Shown piece after piece: positions 19,681 through 28,229 of a stretch of DNA of 64,000 nucleotides. The DNA comes from Bacteroidota bacterium (GTDB lineage Bacteria; Bacteroidota; Ignavibacteria; UBA10030), in NCBI GenBank assembly GCA_021813905.1, contig JAKAJH010000008.1:870-64869 (forward strand). The letters are read 5' to 3'. Positions within the stretch are counted from its first letter, which is position 1; every line of letters starts with the position of its first letter. A program made the translations under genes and the position numbers. Below the pieces are notes generated by a model, which was given only the letters and a program-made list of their open reading frames with translations, made no database searches and was not told where the DNA came from.

Positions 19681-20186
19681 GAGTCCGTTCTCTGGTGACA
19701 GTGTGCGGGATCAGCGAGCGTTGCCGGATCGATGTTGTGAATCAGGAACTTGATCCGTTCGCAGTCCGCGGAAAGATGATAGACGATGCATGCTTGGCAA
19801 TCCCGGGCCGCGCAGACATTCCCCTCGTGTCGGTACGTCCAGCAACCGGCGATGTTCCGCCGATACGCAGGACACTGCAGGCGTTGTTTCATCGGGCAAT
19901 CGAGATGCTTCCAGCACGGGATCAGAGCATGGATCCGGCGAATTCCTTCGATCGAGATCTTCTGCTCATTGATCGCCGTCCGGATGCACCGGAGACGTTC
20001 GACGTCCGCATCCGAATACGTCCGTCGGTTATGGTCGCCTTTGGCGGTCAGCAGGAGTCCTTTGCGTTCGTAGAGTCTTATCGACTCCACGGACACGTTC
20101 AGAATTTCTGCGACAGTGCCGATTGAATACTGCGGTTTGTCTGTGGAAGGATTACGCATAGCTGTATTTATAAATACAACTCTCAT
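19677..20186 (-). CDS. MerR family transcriptional regulator with a cysteine-rich C-terminal domain
   Basis: 169 aa. A downstream internal ATG gives MRNPSTDKPQYS... at about 20159. MerR HTH: YSIGTVAEILNVSVESIRLYERKGLL. The C-terminal 70 aa contain 9 Cys (CWKHLDCP...CPAYRRNIAGCWTYRHEGNVCAARDCQACIVYHLSADC). Its stop overlaps the octaheme cytochrome start by 4 nt. Confidence 0.8.
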   Translation of the reverse strand: MRVVFINTAMRNPSTDKPQYSIGTVAEILNVSVESIRLYERKGLLLTAKGDHNRRTYSDADVERLRCIRTAINEQKISIEGIRRIHALIPCWKHLDCPMKQRLQCPAYRRNIAGCWTYRHEGNVCAARDCQACIVYHLSADCERIKFLIHNIDPATLADPAHCHQRTDS

Positions 20187-20332
20187 ACCGTTGGGAAACG
20201 GGCATTTTTTGCAGATTTGCGGCCAATTCTTGCTTGAGTTGCCGAAATCCGGGAAAATGCGGGGCCTTGTTTGGCGGATTCAGGAAAACATTGACACGGG
20301 AGGGTGCAACCGAAAGCTGTCCCCTGAAACAC

Positions 20333-20360
20333 GAATGCCCCGCTTGTAGGCGGGGCATTC
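20333..20360 (-). terminator. hairpin downstream of the FN3/CTD protein gene
   Basis: gaatgccccgc-ttgtag-gcggggcattc: a perfect 11-bp stem, 22 nt after the stop at 20382. Confidence 0.45.
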
Positions 20361-20381
20361 TGAGACAGGGAATCAGACCGG

Positions 20382-22535
20382 TCAGCGAATAATGACCATC
20401 TTCCGAATCGCAGTGTCGCCTTTGCGGTACAGGAGCTGACCCGTGTTCGGATCGTTGTAATCCTGTGTGACGGTGAAGTGGACGATGTACACTCCGCTCA
20501 CGACGAGCTGCCGCGAAGACGTCACAGAGTTCCACGCCTCATCGCCGCTGCCGTTCTCATGGCTGATTGTGTTGACCAGGTCCCCGTTTTCCGTGTAGAT
20601 ACGGATCAGGCAATGTCCGGGGATATTCAGGAACATGATCTTATCCGGCTCCCCGGGGTACTGGGCGCCCGGGGCGGCGATGTTGTACGGATTCGGCACG
20701 ATGCGGATGCTGAGAGAATCCTCGAGACTCTTCCCCGCCTGTCGACGCAGATACGCCGGCTGATTCGTCCTCGTGTAGAATCGGCTGCTCAGCAGAATGC
20801 CGGCCGGATTCGGGCCGCCGGATGTGTTGTTGGTTCCGTCGCTGAACGCCGAAATGTAATAGTAGTATGAGTATCCGCGCAACGCGGTGACGTCATCAAA
20901 CGATGTCGTTCCCGGCGGTACGCTTGCGATTTCCATGTACGATGTATCCGGTCGTCCGGTTGCGCGGAAGATCTTGTATCCGCCAAAGCCGGCAGATCCG
21001 TCCTGCGAGCTCGGGGACCACGCCATGCTGATGCGGTCGCCGCCCGACGTCACGTTGAAGATCGGCGGAGGCGGAGGCGGTTGCGGAATGTTGTAGTTCG
21101 AATCGTAGTTCCGCTTGGCCCTGCTGAACGTGAGCATGATGGAGTCTTTGCCGGTGAACACCCACGTATTCTTGAACACATCCTTATTGGTCGTGGTCGA
21201 TCCGTCCGGCAGCGTGAACGGTCCCACATCGCTCGGATTGTCGTATGCCGCTTTCCAGCGACTGCCGAGCTGCTCGCACACCTGTCGGTTCAGCCCTGCA
21301 ACACCTTCCGCCATGACAACGACGACGCTGTCGCCGGGGGCGATATCCCACGGGCCATAGTTGATCCAAAGATTCGTCCCGCCGCCGTCACCATGCACGG
21401 AGTACGGATCCTTGTTGGAGGCCATATACACTTCATCCATCCGCTCAGAGGGATTGCCCAACCCCTTGTACGGGACACCACTAAGCATCTTGTAGAGCGC
21501 CGTCTGGTTCGACGCATATCCGAGACCCATGTCACCCAGGTCCGGATACGTATCACCGGCATGCCAACCCAGCGTATTCGGCTGGTTGGGATCATCAGAC
21601 CGGTCTGTCACGCTGCGATCCACGTGCAGAGTCACGATGCCGGCAAATTGCGGTGCCGCAAAGCGGCCGTTACGCAACCGATCCGGCGCACCGATGTTGT
21701 CCCAGGAAGCATTCTCAGACTGACCGACGTAGCAGAAACCGGCCCGCAGCCACTGGGGGATCCCGCTTGCTTCCGTCAGGGCATCACCGGCGTGAAGCGG
21801 ATAATCCTCGCCCCGGCGAGTGACCCACGTGTGCTTGCCGTACGTCTGTGCGCCGTCGATCATGTTGGCGCCGTCGCGGCTGACGCTGTACCGGATACCG
21901 AACCCGAACCGGAAGCCCTTCACGGTGGCGTTCAGCTTCTGGATGTTCGTGGCGTCGACATAGCCGGTGTTCTTAAATGTGAACTCCTTGATGAAATAGT
22001 TGTCGTGATATTGCTGACTGAACGCCAGGATGCGGCGTGTCATGGTGATTCCCATCGAGGTATTCACGACGTTGACCACGATGCGGTCGGGAACCTGGTT
22101 GGGGTTGATCGCGTCGACATCGCCGGCGTACGGCCCGTTGATGTCCGCACCGTCCACATTGACGGTGGGAAGATCGTACTTCGCCGTCTCGTAGTCCGAC
22201 ATCGGGAACACGGAAATCCCGGCGAATCCGGCCGTGAATGACACGCAGTACTCGGTCCAGTGCTGAGTCTTGGCATCGGTGAAATCCTGGCAGCCGATCC
22301 ATTGCCGTTCGATGACCGCGTTGTCGGTGTAGGCGTAGTCCGCCGGCCAGATCATTCCTTCGTAATACACGTCGTTCCACGCGCGCTCCGCTCCGTAGGC
22401 GGTAAAGCGGCTTTGCAGTGATCCGACCCGCACGTACCGCTTTTGAGTTTCCGGGACCTGTGCGCGCACCGGCGTCACGCCGGACAGCAGGACGGTCGCG
22501 GCCAGAAGAGGAATACATGTACGCATGAGGGACAT
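20382..22535 (-). CDS. secreted FN3-domain protein with divergent T9SS/FlgD-Ig-like C-terminal sorting domain (paralog of 47513-49543)
   Basis: The track ORF runs to 22556. Start moved to MSLMRTCIPLLAATVLLSGVTPVRAQ, a signal peptide. It has an FN3-like segment (PPPPPPIFNVTSGGDRISMAWSPS...YKIFRATG...YSYYYYISAF). The C-terminal domain is VPNPYN...IMFLNIPGHCLIRIYTENGDLVNTI...SGVYIVHF...RKMVIIR. Confidence 0.6.
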   Translation of the reverse strand: MSLMRTCIPLLAATVLLSGVTPVRAQVPETQKRYVRVGSLQSRFTAYGAERAWNDVYYEGMIWPADYAYTDNAVIERQWIGCQDFTDAKTQHWTEYCVSFTAGFAGISVFPMSDYETAKYDLPTVNVDGADINGPYAGDVDAINPNQVPDRIVVNVVNTSMGITMTRRILAFSQQYHDNYFIKEFTFKNTGYVDATNIQKLNATVKGFRFGFGIRYSVSRDGANMIDGAQTYGKHTWVTRRGEDYPLHAGDALTEASGIPQWLRAGFCYVGQSENASWDNIGAPDRLRNGRFAAPQFAGIVTLHVDRSVTDRSDDPNQPNTLGWHAGDTYPDLGDMGLGYASNQTALYKMLSGVPYKGLGNPSERMDEVYMASNKDPYSVHGDGGGTNLWINYGPWDIAPGDSVVVVMAEGVAGLNRQVCEQLGSRWKAAYDNPSDVGPFTLPDGSTTTNKDVFKNTWVFTGKDSIMLTFSRAKRNYDSNYNIPQPPPPPPIFNVTSGGDRISMAWSPSSQDGSAGFGGYKIFRATGRPDTSYMEIASVPPGTTSFDDVTALRGYSYYYYISAFSDGTNNTSGGPNPAGILLSSRFYTRTNQPAYLRRQAGKSLEDSLSIRIVPNPYNIAAPGAQYPGEPDKIMFLNIPGHCLIRIYTENGDLVNTISHENGSGDEAWNSVTSSRQLVVSGVYIVHFTVTQDYNDPNTGQLLYRKGDTAIRKMVIIR

Positions 22536-22571
22536 CGTTGTTCTCCCAATCATCATGTCAGGAAACTGCCG

Positions 22572-25500
22572 TCAGAAATTGATCCGCAGACCAAACGTGT
22601 AACTGCGCGGGTTCAGGAACGTCGTGGACGTGACATCCGGCATGTCGATGTACGACTTCTTGTCCTTCCGCGCCTGGTTTCGGGCGCTGATGGCCGGGTC
22701 ATTGCTCGGGTTCGGCTCGAGCGGATCATACGCCACGCCATTCGGCCGGTAATCGCCGATCCGGTCGTTCCCCTTCTTGTCTCCCTCCATCCACGGGAAG
22801 CACAGCGACGCCAGATAGTCGTCATAGTCGTACTGACTGGAGAATCCCGCGTAGTTCAGGTGCTTGAAGTTGAACACGTTCTGAACGTCCATGTAGACCT
22901 GGAGTTCCACGCCGCTGATGCGGAGTGCCTTGGTGAGACGCAGGTCGATGTTGTAGCTGTCCGTCCACTGGACGTTATCGACGATGCCCGGGATGGAATT
23001 CGGATTGTAGGTGGCGTAGCTGCCCGCCCGCCAGTCGCCGAGGAGGTTCAGCGTCCACGCACCGAGCACCGAGACGCCGGCGAATTCCGGGCCGAACGTG
23101 TTCGGCGTAAAGAAGGAAAGGCTCGCCCGCGCGTACGGCTGCGGGTGCGGTTTCGACTGGTACGGATTCAGACGCAGATAGTCCCGCTGCTTGTTCACGT
23201 CCTGATAGTATTGAGTAAGGCCGAAGTAGCCGGAAGTACCGACGTCATAGGTGTAGTTGACAAAACCGCTGATCCATGGACCAGAGATCTTCGTGATCGT
23301 CAGTTCGAATCCGCGGATGTCCGCATAATTGTTGTTCTCCGCCTTATAATAGTGCACGGAGGTGTTGATGTTCTGGTAGTAGACCCATCCCGGCTGGTTC
23401 GACACGTCCTTGTAGTACGCGGCCAGATTGACCTTAAACATGTCGAATGCATTCTGCTCGAAGCCCAGCTCATACGCGATCGTCTTCTCGAGCTTCATAT
23501 TCGGATTGCCGATGTACGTCACCAATCCGTTGGATTCCCGCTGCAGCCGGAAGCGGAATGTGGACGACGGCTCGGAAAGGAAGTGGCCGTAGTTGAAGTA
23601 CAGTTTCGAGTTCTCGGTGATCGGATGCGAGATACCCAGCCGTGGACTCACGTACATCTCCGCACTCGCCCGCTCCTTCGGGGCCGTCTGACCGATCGCC
23701 TTCCCCAGTCCGGCGCTGTAGGAGAGATCGTAGTCGGACAGCGCGTAATAGTCACCGTTGGGATTGGAATAGTCCAGCCGGACACCGATATTCGCGATGA
23801 AGCCCCGGAATTCCAGTTTGTCCTGCACGTACGCACCCAGCCGGTACGGGAAGACATGATAGACCATGCTGCGCGTCCACGTGGACATGGAGGGGCTGTA
23901 GGTACCGGAATTCACATTCAGGTCGTCGTACGTGAACTGGAATCCCGCCTTCGCCTGGTTGTTCTCGTCCATCTGACTGGTGATGCCGAACTTGATCGCC
24001 GTCGAGGCGATCACACTCTGATCGCGGCCCAGGTTCATCCATCCCCCCATACTCATCACGCCATCGATCGCGCCCGTGCTGTATCCCCAATAGCCGTACG
24101 GCGATTCGTCCACAAAGATCCCCGACACGGGCTCGAAGACTTTGGCCGTGTCGCGCGTCGGCATCTGGAACGTATTGTACTGACTCCGGTTGTATTGTGC
24201 GCTCAGTTCATAGAACGTCCGCGGATTCAGCATGTGCGTCAGTGTCGCGCCGACCATGGTCCGATACACAGAGCTGGGGCTGTACCGGTCCGGCATGTAG
24301 AGCACGTTCATACCGTCCGTCGAGCTGAGCAGATCAGCCACCTCGGACTGGCTGCGCATCAGATAGCCGGTCGGCGCCGTGGTCCATTCGTACGGCGACA
24401 CGGAATTCGACTCCCCATACAATCCGATGACGTTCAGCTTCATGGTGGAAGTCAGATCGGACGTCAGTTTCAGCTGCGTGTGGTTGTCCGTGTATGCATC
24501 GCGAGAGAGAGGGACGATGAACATGTCGCGCTCATTGAAATGCGACAGATAGAAGCGGAGATTGCCGAGAACCTCCCCGATCACCGGCACCGGGCCGCCC
24601 ACGCCCGCATCGATGGTGTAGTCCGGTTTCACAATATCCCCGGTACGGCGGCGCTGCCACTCCCACAGTCGTTTGGCTCCCTCGGGGGTGAGATCATTGT
24701 TGGGGTTCTTGTCCGCCAGGGTAGCCGCCGACACGGCGTTCCAGCCCTGGAAGTATGGATACTCCTTCTGCGTCGCAGCATTCCACGCGCCGTTGCGGGT
24801 GCCGGTCCAGCACACGGTCGGGTCGGTGTACGGCCGGTTGAAGTATGAGTTCGGATCGTAGGGGGAGATACCGAAATGTTTTGGCGCCGGCGGTGTCAGG
24901 GAAAGATTGATCGTTCCGCTGTACCGATTGCGGTCACCTTCTTTGGTCACCACATTGACAACACCGGAACGGACGTTGCCATATTCCGCGTTGAATCCGC
25001 CCGTCTGCACCTGAATCGCCTGAGCGGCCGAAAGGCTCACTGCCGCGTACGGGATGTTCGTCCTCTCGTCATTCAACGTGAAACCGTCGACCACGAACAC
25101 TGTCTGGTTGGTGCCGCCGCCACGCACCACGATGCCGTCGCTCCCCTGCTCGATTCCGGCCTGCAGCGTCAGCACCTGACTCAGGGTTTGGATGGGCATC
25201 GTTTCGACGACTTTGGTGGCAATGTCAAACTGACTGGCCGAGATGTCCCTCGTAACGACCGGGCGTTCCGCGGTCACAACCATCTCATCCATTGCCACCG
25301 CGGACGGGCGCAGCTTCACATCCACGGTCGACGTCAGGTCGATCTCAACCTTGACCTGCTCCACCAGAGTCTTGGCATATCCGACAAGACTGACCTTGAC
25401 GGAGTAGGTCCCCGGGGGAACATTCAGCAGCGTATAGACGCCGTCCACATCGGTGACCACACCCATAGTCGATCCTTCGATCGTCACCGCAACACCGGGA

Positions 25501-25619
25501 AGCGGCTGACCCGTTTCAGCGTCCGTCACCCGTCCCGCGATCTTTCCCCGCGTTCCCGCGAAGAGGACGTTCGCGGTGCAGCACAGCAACAGCATGAATA
25601 CAATCGTCGCATTCCTCAT
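22572..25619 (-). CDS. TonB-dependent receptor with N-terminal carboxypeptidase-regulatory-like domain
   Basis: 1015 aa. Signal peptide, then GKIAGRVTDAETGQPLPGVAVTIEGSTMGVVTDVDGVYTLLNVPPGTYSVKVSLVGYA (CarbopepD_reg). A plug follows (IVVRGGGTNQTVFVVDGFTLNDER). A long beta-barrel ends ...TFGLRINF with a terminal aromatic residue. Paralog of 49594-52581. Confidence 0.9.
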   Translation of the reverse strand: MRNATIVFMLLLCCTANVLFAGTRGKIAGRVTDAETGQPLPGVAVTIEGSTMGVVTDVDGVYTLLNVPPGTYSVKVSLVGYAKTLVEQVKVEIDLTSTVDVKLRPSAVAMDEMVVTAERPVVTRDISASQFDIATKVVETMPIQTLSQVLTLQAGIEQGSDGIVVRGGGTNQTVFVVDGFTLNDERTNIPYAAVSLSAAQAIQVQTGGFNAEYGNVRSGVVNVVTKEGDRNRYSGTINLSLTPPAPKHFGISPYDPNSYFNRPYTDPTVCWTGTRNGAWNAATQKEYPYFQGWNAVSAATLADKNPNNDLTPEGAKRLWEWQRRRTGDIVKPDYTIDAGVGGPVPVIGEVLGNLRFYLSHFNERDMFIVPLSRDAYTDNHTQLKLTSDLTSTMKLNVIGLYGESNSVSPYEWTTAPTGYLMRSQSEVADLLSSTDGMNVLYMPDRYSPSSVYRTMVGATLTHMLNPRTFYELSAQYNRSQYNTFQMPTRDTAKVFEPVSGIFVDESPYGYWGYSTGAIDGVMSMGGWMNLGRDQSVIASTAIKFGITSQMDENNQAKAGFQFTYDDLNVNSGTYSPSMSTWTRSMVYHVFPYRLGAYVQDKLEFRGFIANIGVRLDYSNPNGDYYALSDYDLSYSAGLGKAIGQTAPKERASAEMYVSPRLGISHPITENSKLYFNYGHFLSEPSSTFRFRLQRESNGLVTYIGNPNMKLEKTIAYELGFEQNAFDMFKVNLAAYYKDVSNQPGWVYYQNINTSVHYYKAENNNYADIRGFELTITKISGPWISGFVNYTYDVGTSGYFGLTQYYQDVNKQRDYLRLNPYQSKPHPQPYARASLSFFTPNTFGPEFAGVSVLGAWTLNLLGDWRAGSYATYNPNSIPGIVDNVQWTDSYNIDLRLTKALRISGVELQVYMDVQNVFNFKHLNYAGFSSQYDYDDYLASLCFPWMEGDKKGNDRIGDYRPNGVAYDPLEPNPSNDPAISARNQARKDKKSYIDMPDVTSTTFLNPRSYTFGLRINF

Positions 25620-25678
25620 GATGGCACTCCTCTATCCAGTCACGCTCAATAGTGTTCGCTCGACCATTCGGCTGCCGG

Positions 25679-26713
25679 TCACATCGAGAACCGGAGCGAG
25701 AACCGATGCACATCCTTGAAGACCTTCTGCGGCATGTACGAGTAATCGAGGCCGAATCCGAATTTGCGCAGCCCCAGACCCGCCGTCACGTCGTAGTCCG
25801 GGTGTCCCGTGATATACCCCGCGCGCAGGATGAGCGTCTTGAGAAACACATATTCTCCGCCGATGTTCAGATACTCCGCGAACGACCGCGGATGGACAGC
25901 ATCGACGGACACGTACAGCGAATGATTCTCGGACGCCCCGGGGACCAGATCCATCAGATCCATGGAGACGCCGATCTTGAAGGTCAAGGGAAGCTGGAAG
26001 CTCTCACGCTCGTATCGGATCTCGCGGGAGAAGTTGCTGATCGACATGCCGAACACCAGACTCTTCAGACCGGTTCTGAACGTCGTGCCGAAATCAAAAG
26101 CCAGGACGCTCAGATTGTAGTCCCGCACCACGCTTGACGTGTCGACCGTGGGAGCGCCGGAATCCGGGATCACCTGCGTGTACACCGGCACGATGCTCTT
26201 TCCGAGACTCTGGTAGGCGTACTTCAACTCGCCGCCGACCGAAAAGCGATCGGTCAGCTTCTTGCCGTAGCCCAATCCGACCACATACGCACTCGGATTC
26301 GGGAAGTCTGTGATGTCTTCGTATCCCTGCTCATTTGCCGCAACCCGCGTGAACTTGAAGGCACCATAGTTGACGGTCGTAAAGCTGAGACCGATGACAC
26401 CGTACTGCCCTTCCGCCGGCGCGACCGCGACCGCCCCGGAGAGGTAGCGGATATCCGCGATCCACGTCATCTGATTGATGGAAAGATCAACCAATGACGT
26501 CATGCCGGCAATCCCCGCCGGATTATAGAACATCGACGTTGACGATCCCTCGACCGTCGTGAACGCCTCGCCCATCCCGGTGGCGCGGGCATCGGTGCTG
26601 ACACTCATGAACATGAATCCGGTCTGCGCCAGTTTCTGCTGCGCCTCCGCCGGGAGTGTCAACAGCGAGACCATGCACAGGATTGCGAGAACAGAGCATG
26701 CCGCTTTTTTCAT
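25679..26713 (-). CDS. PorV/PorQ-like (FadL-like) outer-membrane beta-barrel protein, T9SS-associated (PorP/SprF-like not excluded)
   Basis: The track ORF runs to 27082. Start moved to MKKAACSVLAILCMVSLLTLPAEAQ, a signal peptide. The N-terminal signature FMFMSVSTDARATGMGEAFTTV...SMFYNPAGIAG resembles PorV/PorQ-family N-termini. The C-terminus ...HRFSLRFSM has alternating hydrophobic residues. Confidence 0.45.
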   Translation of the reverse strand: MKKAACSVLAILCMVSLLTLPAEAQQKLAQTGFMFMSVSTDARATGMGEAFTTVEGSSTSMFYNPAGIAGMTSLVDLSINQMTWIADIRYLSGAVAVAPAEGQYGVIGLSFTTVNYGAFKFTRVAANEQGYEDITDFPNPSAYVVGLGYGKKLTDRFSVGGELKYAYQSLGKSIVPVYTQVIPDSGAPTVDTSSVVRDYNLSVLAFDFGTTFRTGLKSLVFGMSISNFSREIRYERESFQLPLTFKIGVSMDLMDLVPGASENHSLYVSVDAVHPRSFAEYLNIGGEYVFLKTLILRAGYITGHPDYDVTAGLGLRKFGFGLDYSYMPQKVFKDVHRFSLRFSM

Positions 26714-27281
26714 GGAGAATTCCCTCACGTGGCTTCGTGACATACGGACTGCTACACTCCCCCTTCCGGAACACTGCCCGCCGCACCGGATCAGGCCAAT
26801 CGCACTCCGGCGCATGTCTGTTGACTCGCCTGAACGCGCCTCCGATGCCCGAGAGCGTTGATGACCGTTCCGGTGTTGACTGGTGCTGTGGAAAGTGTCC
26901 CGAACAATTCTGGTAACCCCGGGACTGCCCGCCTGACACGCGCGCGTCATCCCTGGTGATCGGGTTACGTACCGCTTCGAAATGGAGTCAGAACATCCCG
27001 CGGACGGGATCGAGTGGATGCACCCCCCAACAACTTCATGCCTCCATCGATCTGCGGATCTCCAGAGGTTTCTCTCTCGCAACCAAGCCCGCTCTCCGTG
27101 AAGCCGCTGGTAGGATTCGACTTAACCTACAGGAATAGAAGTTGAATGTCAAGAGGTCGGCGACCCGGGAATCCGACGGCGGACGAAACGAACAGGTGTC
27201 CTGGTCAGTCCGATATCGAGCGCCAATCCGGTCAGGATCCGGCAGCGCTGGGAGGTTCCGCCGACGATCGCCCGAAGAAGT

Positions 27282-27623
27282 TCACCCCGTGACCGACTGG
27301 GCGGGCTGCATCGTTCGCACGAGGTCGCGGAGCCGAAGACCGATGCCGGTCTCGAACAGGATGACGATCAGCGTGACCGTCGTGAAGATCGGCCCGACCG
27401 CGCCGAAATACGCCGGTGTGACCAGGTGGAACACAAGACTGACAAGGACGCCGAGGAGGCACAAGAAAGGAGATCCGGAATGCTCGTAGAACTGAAGATT
27501 TCCGCCAGAACGTGGGCGAAGAATACGATCACGCCGATCCATGCGATCACAACTGCGGTGTCCGCCGTCCCGCCTTTCGGAGTGGTACGGGAACGCAGTA
27601 CGGATCCGAAGTGCGTCCCTCAC
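27282..27623 (-). pseudogene. possible remnant of a cation/proton antiporter N-terminus (gene fragment)
   Basis: The roughly 86-aa segment FLCLLGVLVSLVFHLVTPAYFGAVGPIFTTVTLIVILFETGIGLRLRDLVRT resembles the first TM helices and the LFEAGLELDL-type motif of CPA1/NhaP antiporters. It stops after only about two helices. Confidence 0.2.
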
Positions 27624-27657
27624 GGGTTCACCGCGCGGATTCGCTCCCGCTCTGCCA

Positions 27658-27855
27658 TCACATTTTCAGGTATTCCAACAACTTGTAGATCAGCACAGCC
27701 GGCCAGACGAGCGCTTTGACGAATCCCAGGAGGCCCTCCCAGAACGTCGTCGCATGCTGAATGAAGTAGATGGCTGCGCCAACGAATGCCATGCCATAGA
27801 TGCCGCCGCTGACGCCGTTGTCTTTCATGGCGGTCGTTCCGCGAATTTCGCTCAT
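27658..27855 (-). CDS. small hydrophobic protein (65 aa), function unknown
   Basis: Internal ATG with a GGGAGG RBS about 8 nt upstream. Product MSEIRGTTAMKDNGVSGGIYGMAFVGAAIYFIQHATTFWEGLLGFVKALVWPAVLIYKLLEYLKM has two predicted TM helices. Confidence 0.35.
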   Translation of the reverse strand: MSEIRGTTAMKDNGVSGGIYGMAFVGAAIYFIQHATTFWEGLLGFVKALVWPAVLIYKLLEYLKM

Positions 27856-28229
27856 GGTGACGGATTCCTCCCGAATGACTTTCCCCCTCCGTACGGTGCC
27901 GCATTGAGGGTCCCAACTAATGTATTTTCCTTCGGCCGAAGAATCAAGAGGACTCTCCGTAATGCCCCGATTGCTTTTGGGCCGTGGAATATCTATGTTC
28001 CTCTGCGCACCGCAGCACGTGCGCCACTCACATCGGATGCGCGGCGTCGATACCATGCCGTTCCTGCCGGGGAGGCTCGAACGGTAGCCGCTCACCGATC
28101 CGAGGAACGGGCGGCAGTGCAAAATACGGGGTCGCACCATTTACCGCCCGCTGTTCATCGATTCAGCGATCCACGACTCAGTCGTTCAGCAATCCGGCAC
28201 TGGGGAGGTCATATGATCGGAGGGAAACC

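Noticed and set aside
27142-27489. 115-aa plus-strand ORF in the low-density region.
   Set aside because: Highly basic, low-complexity translation that overlaps the antiporter-like fragment on the other strand. No RBS.
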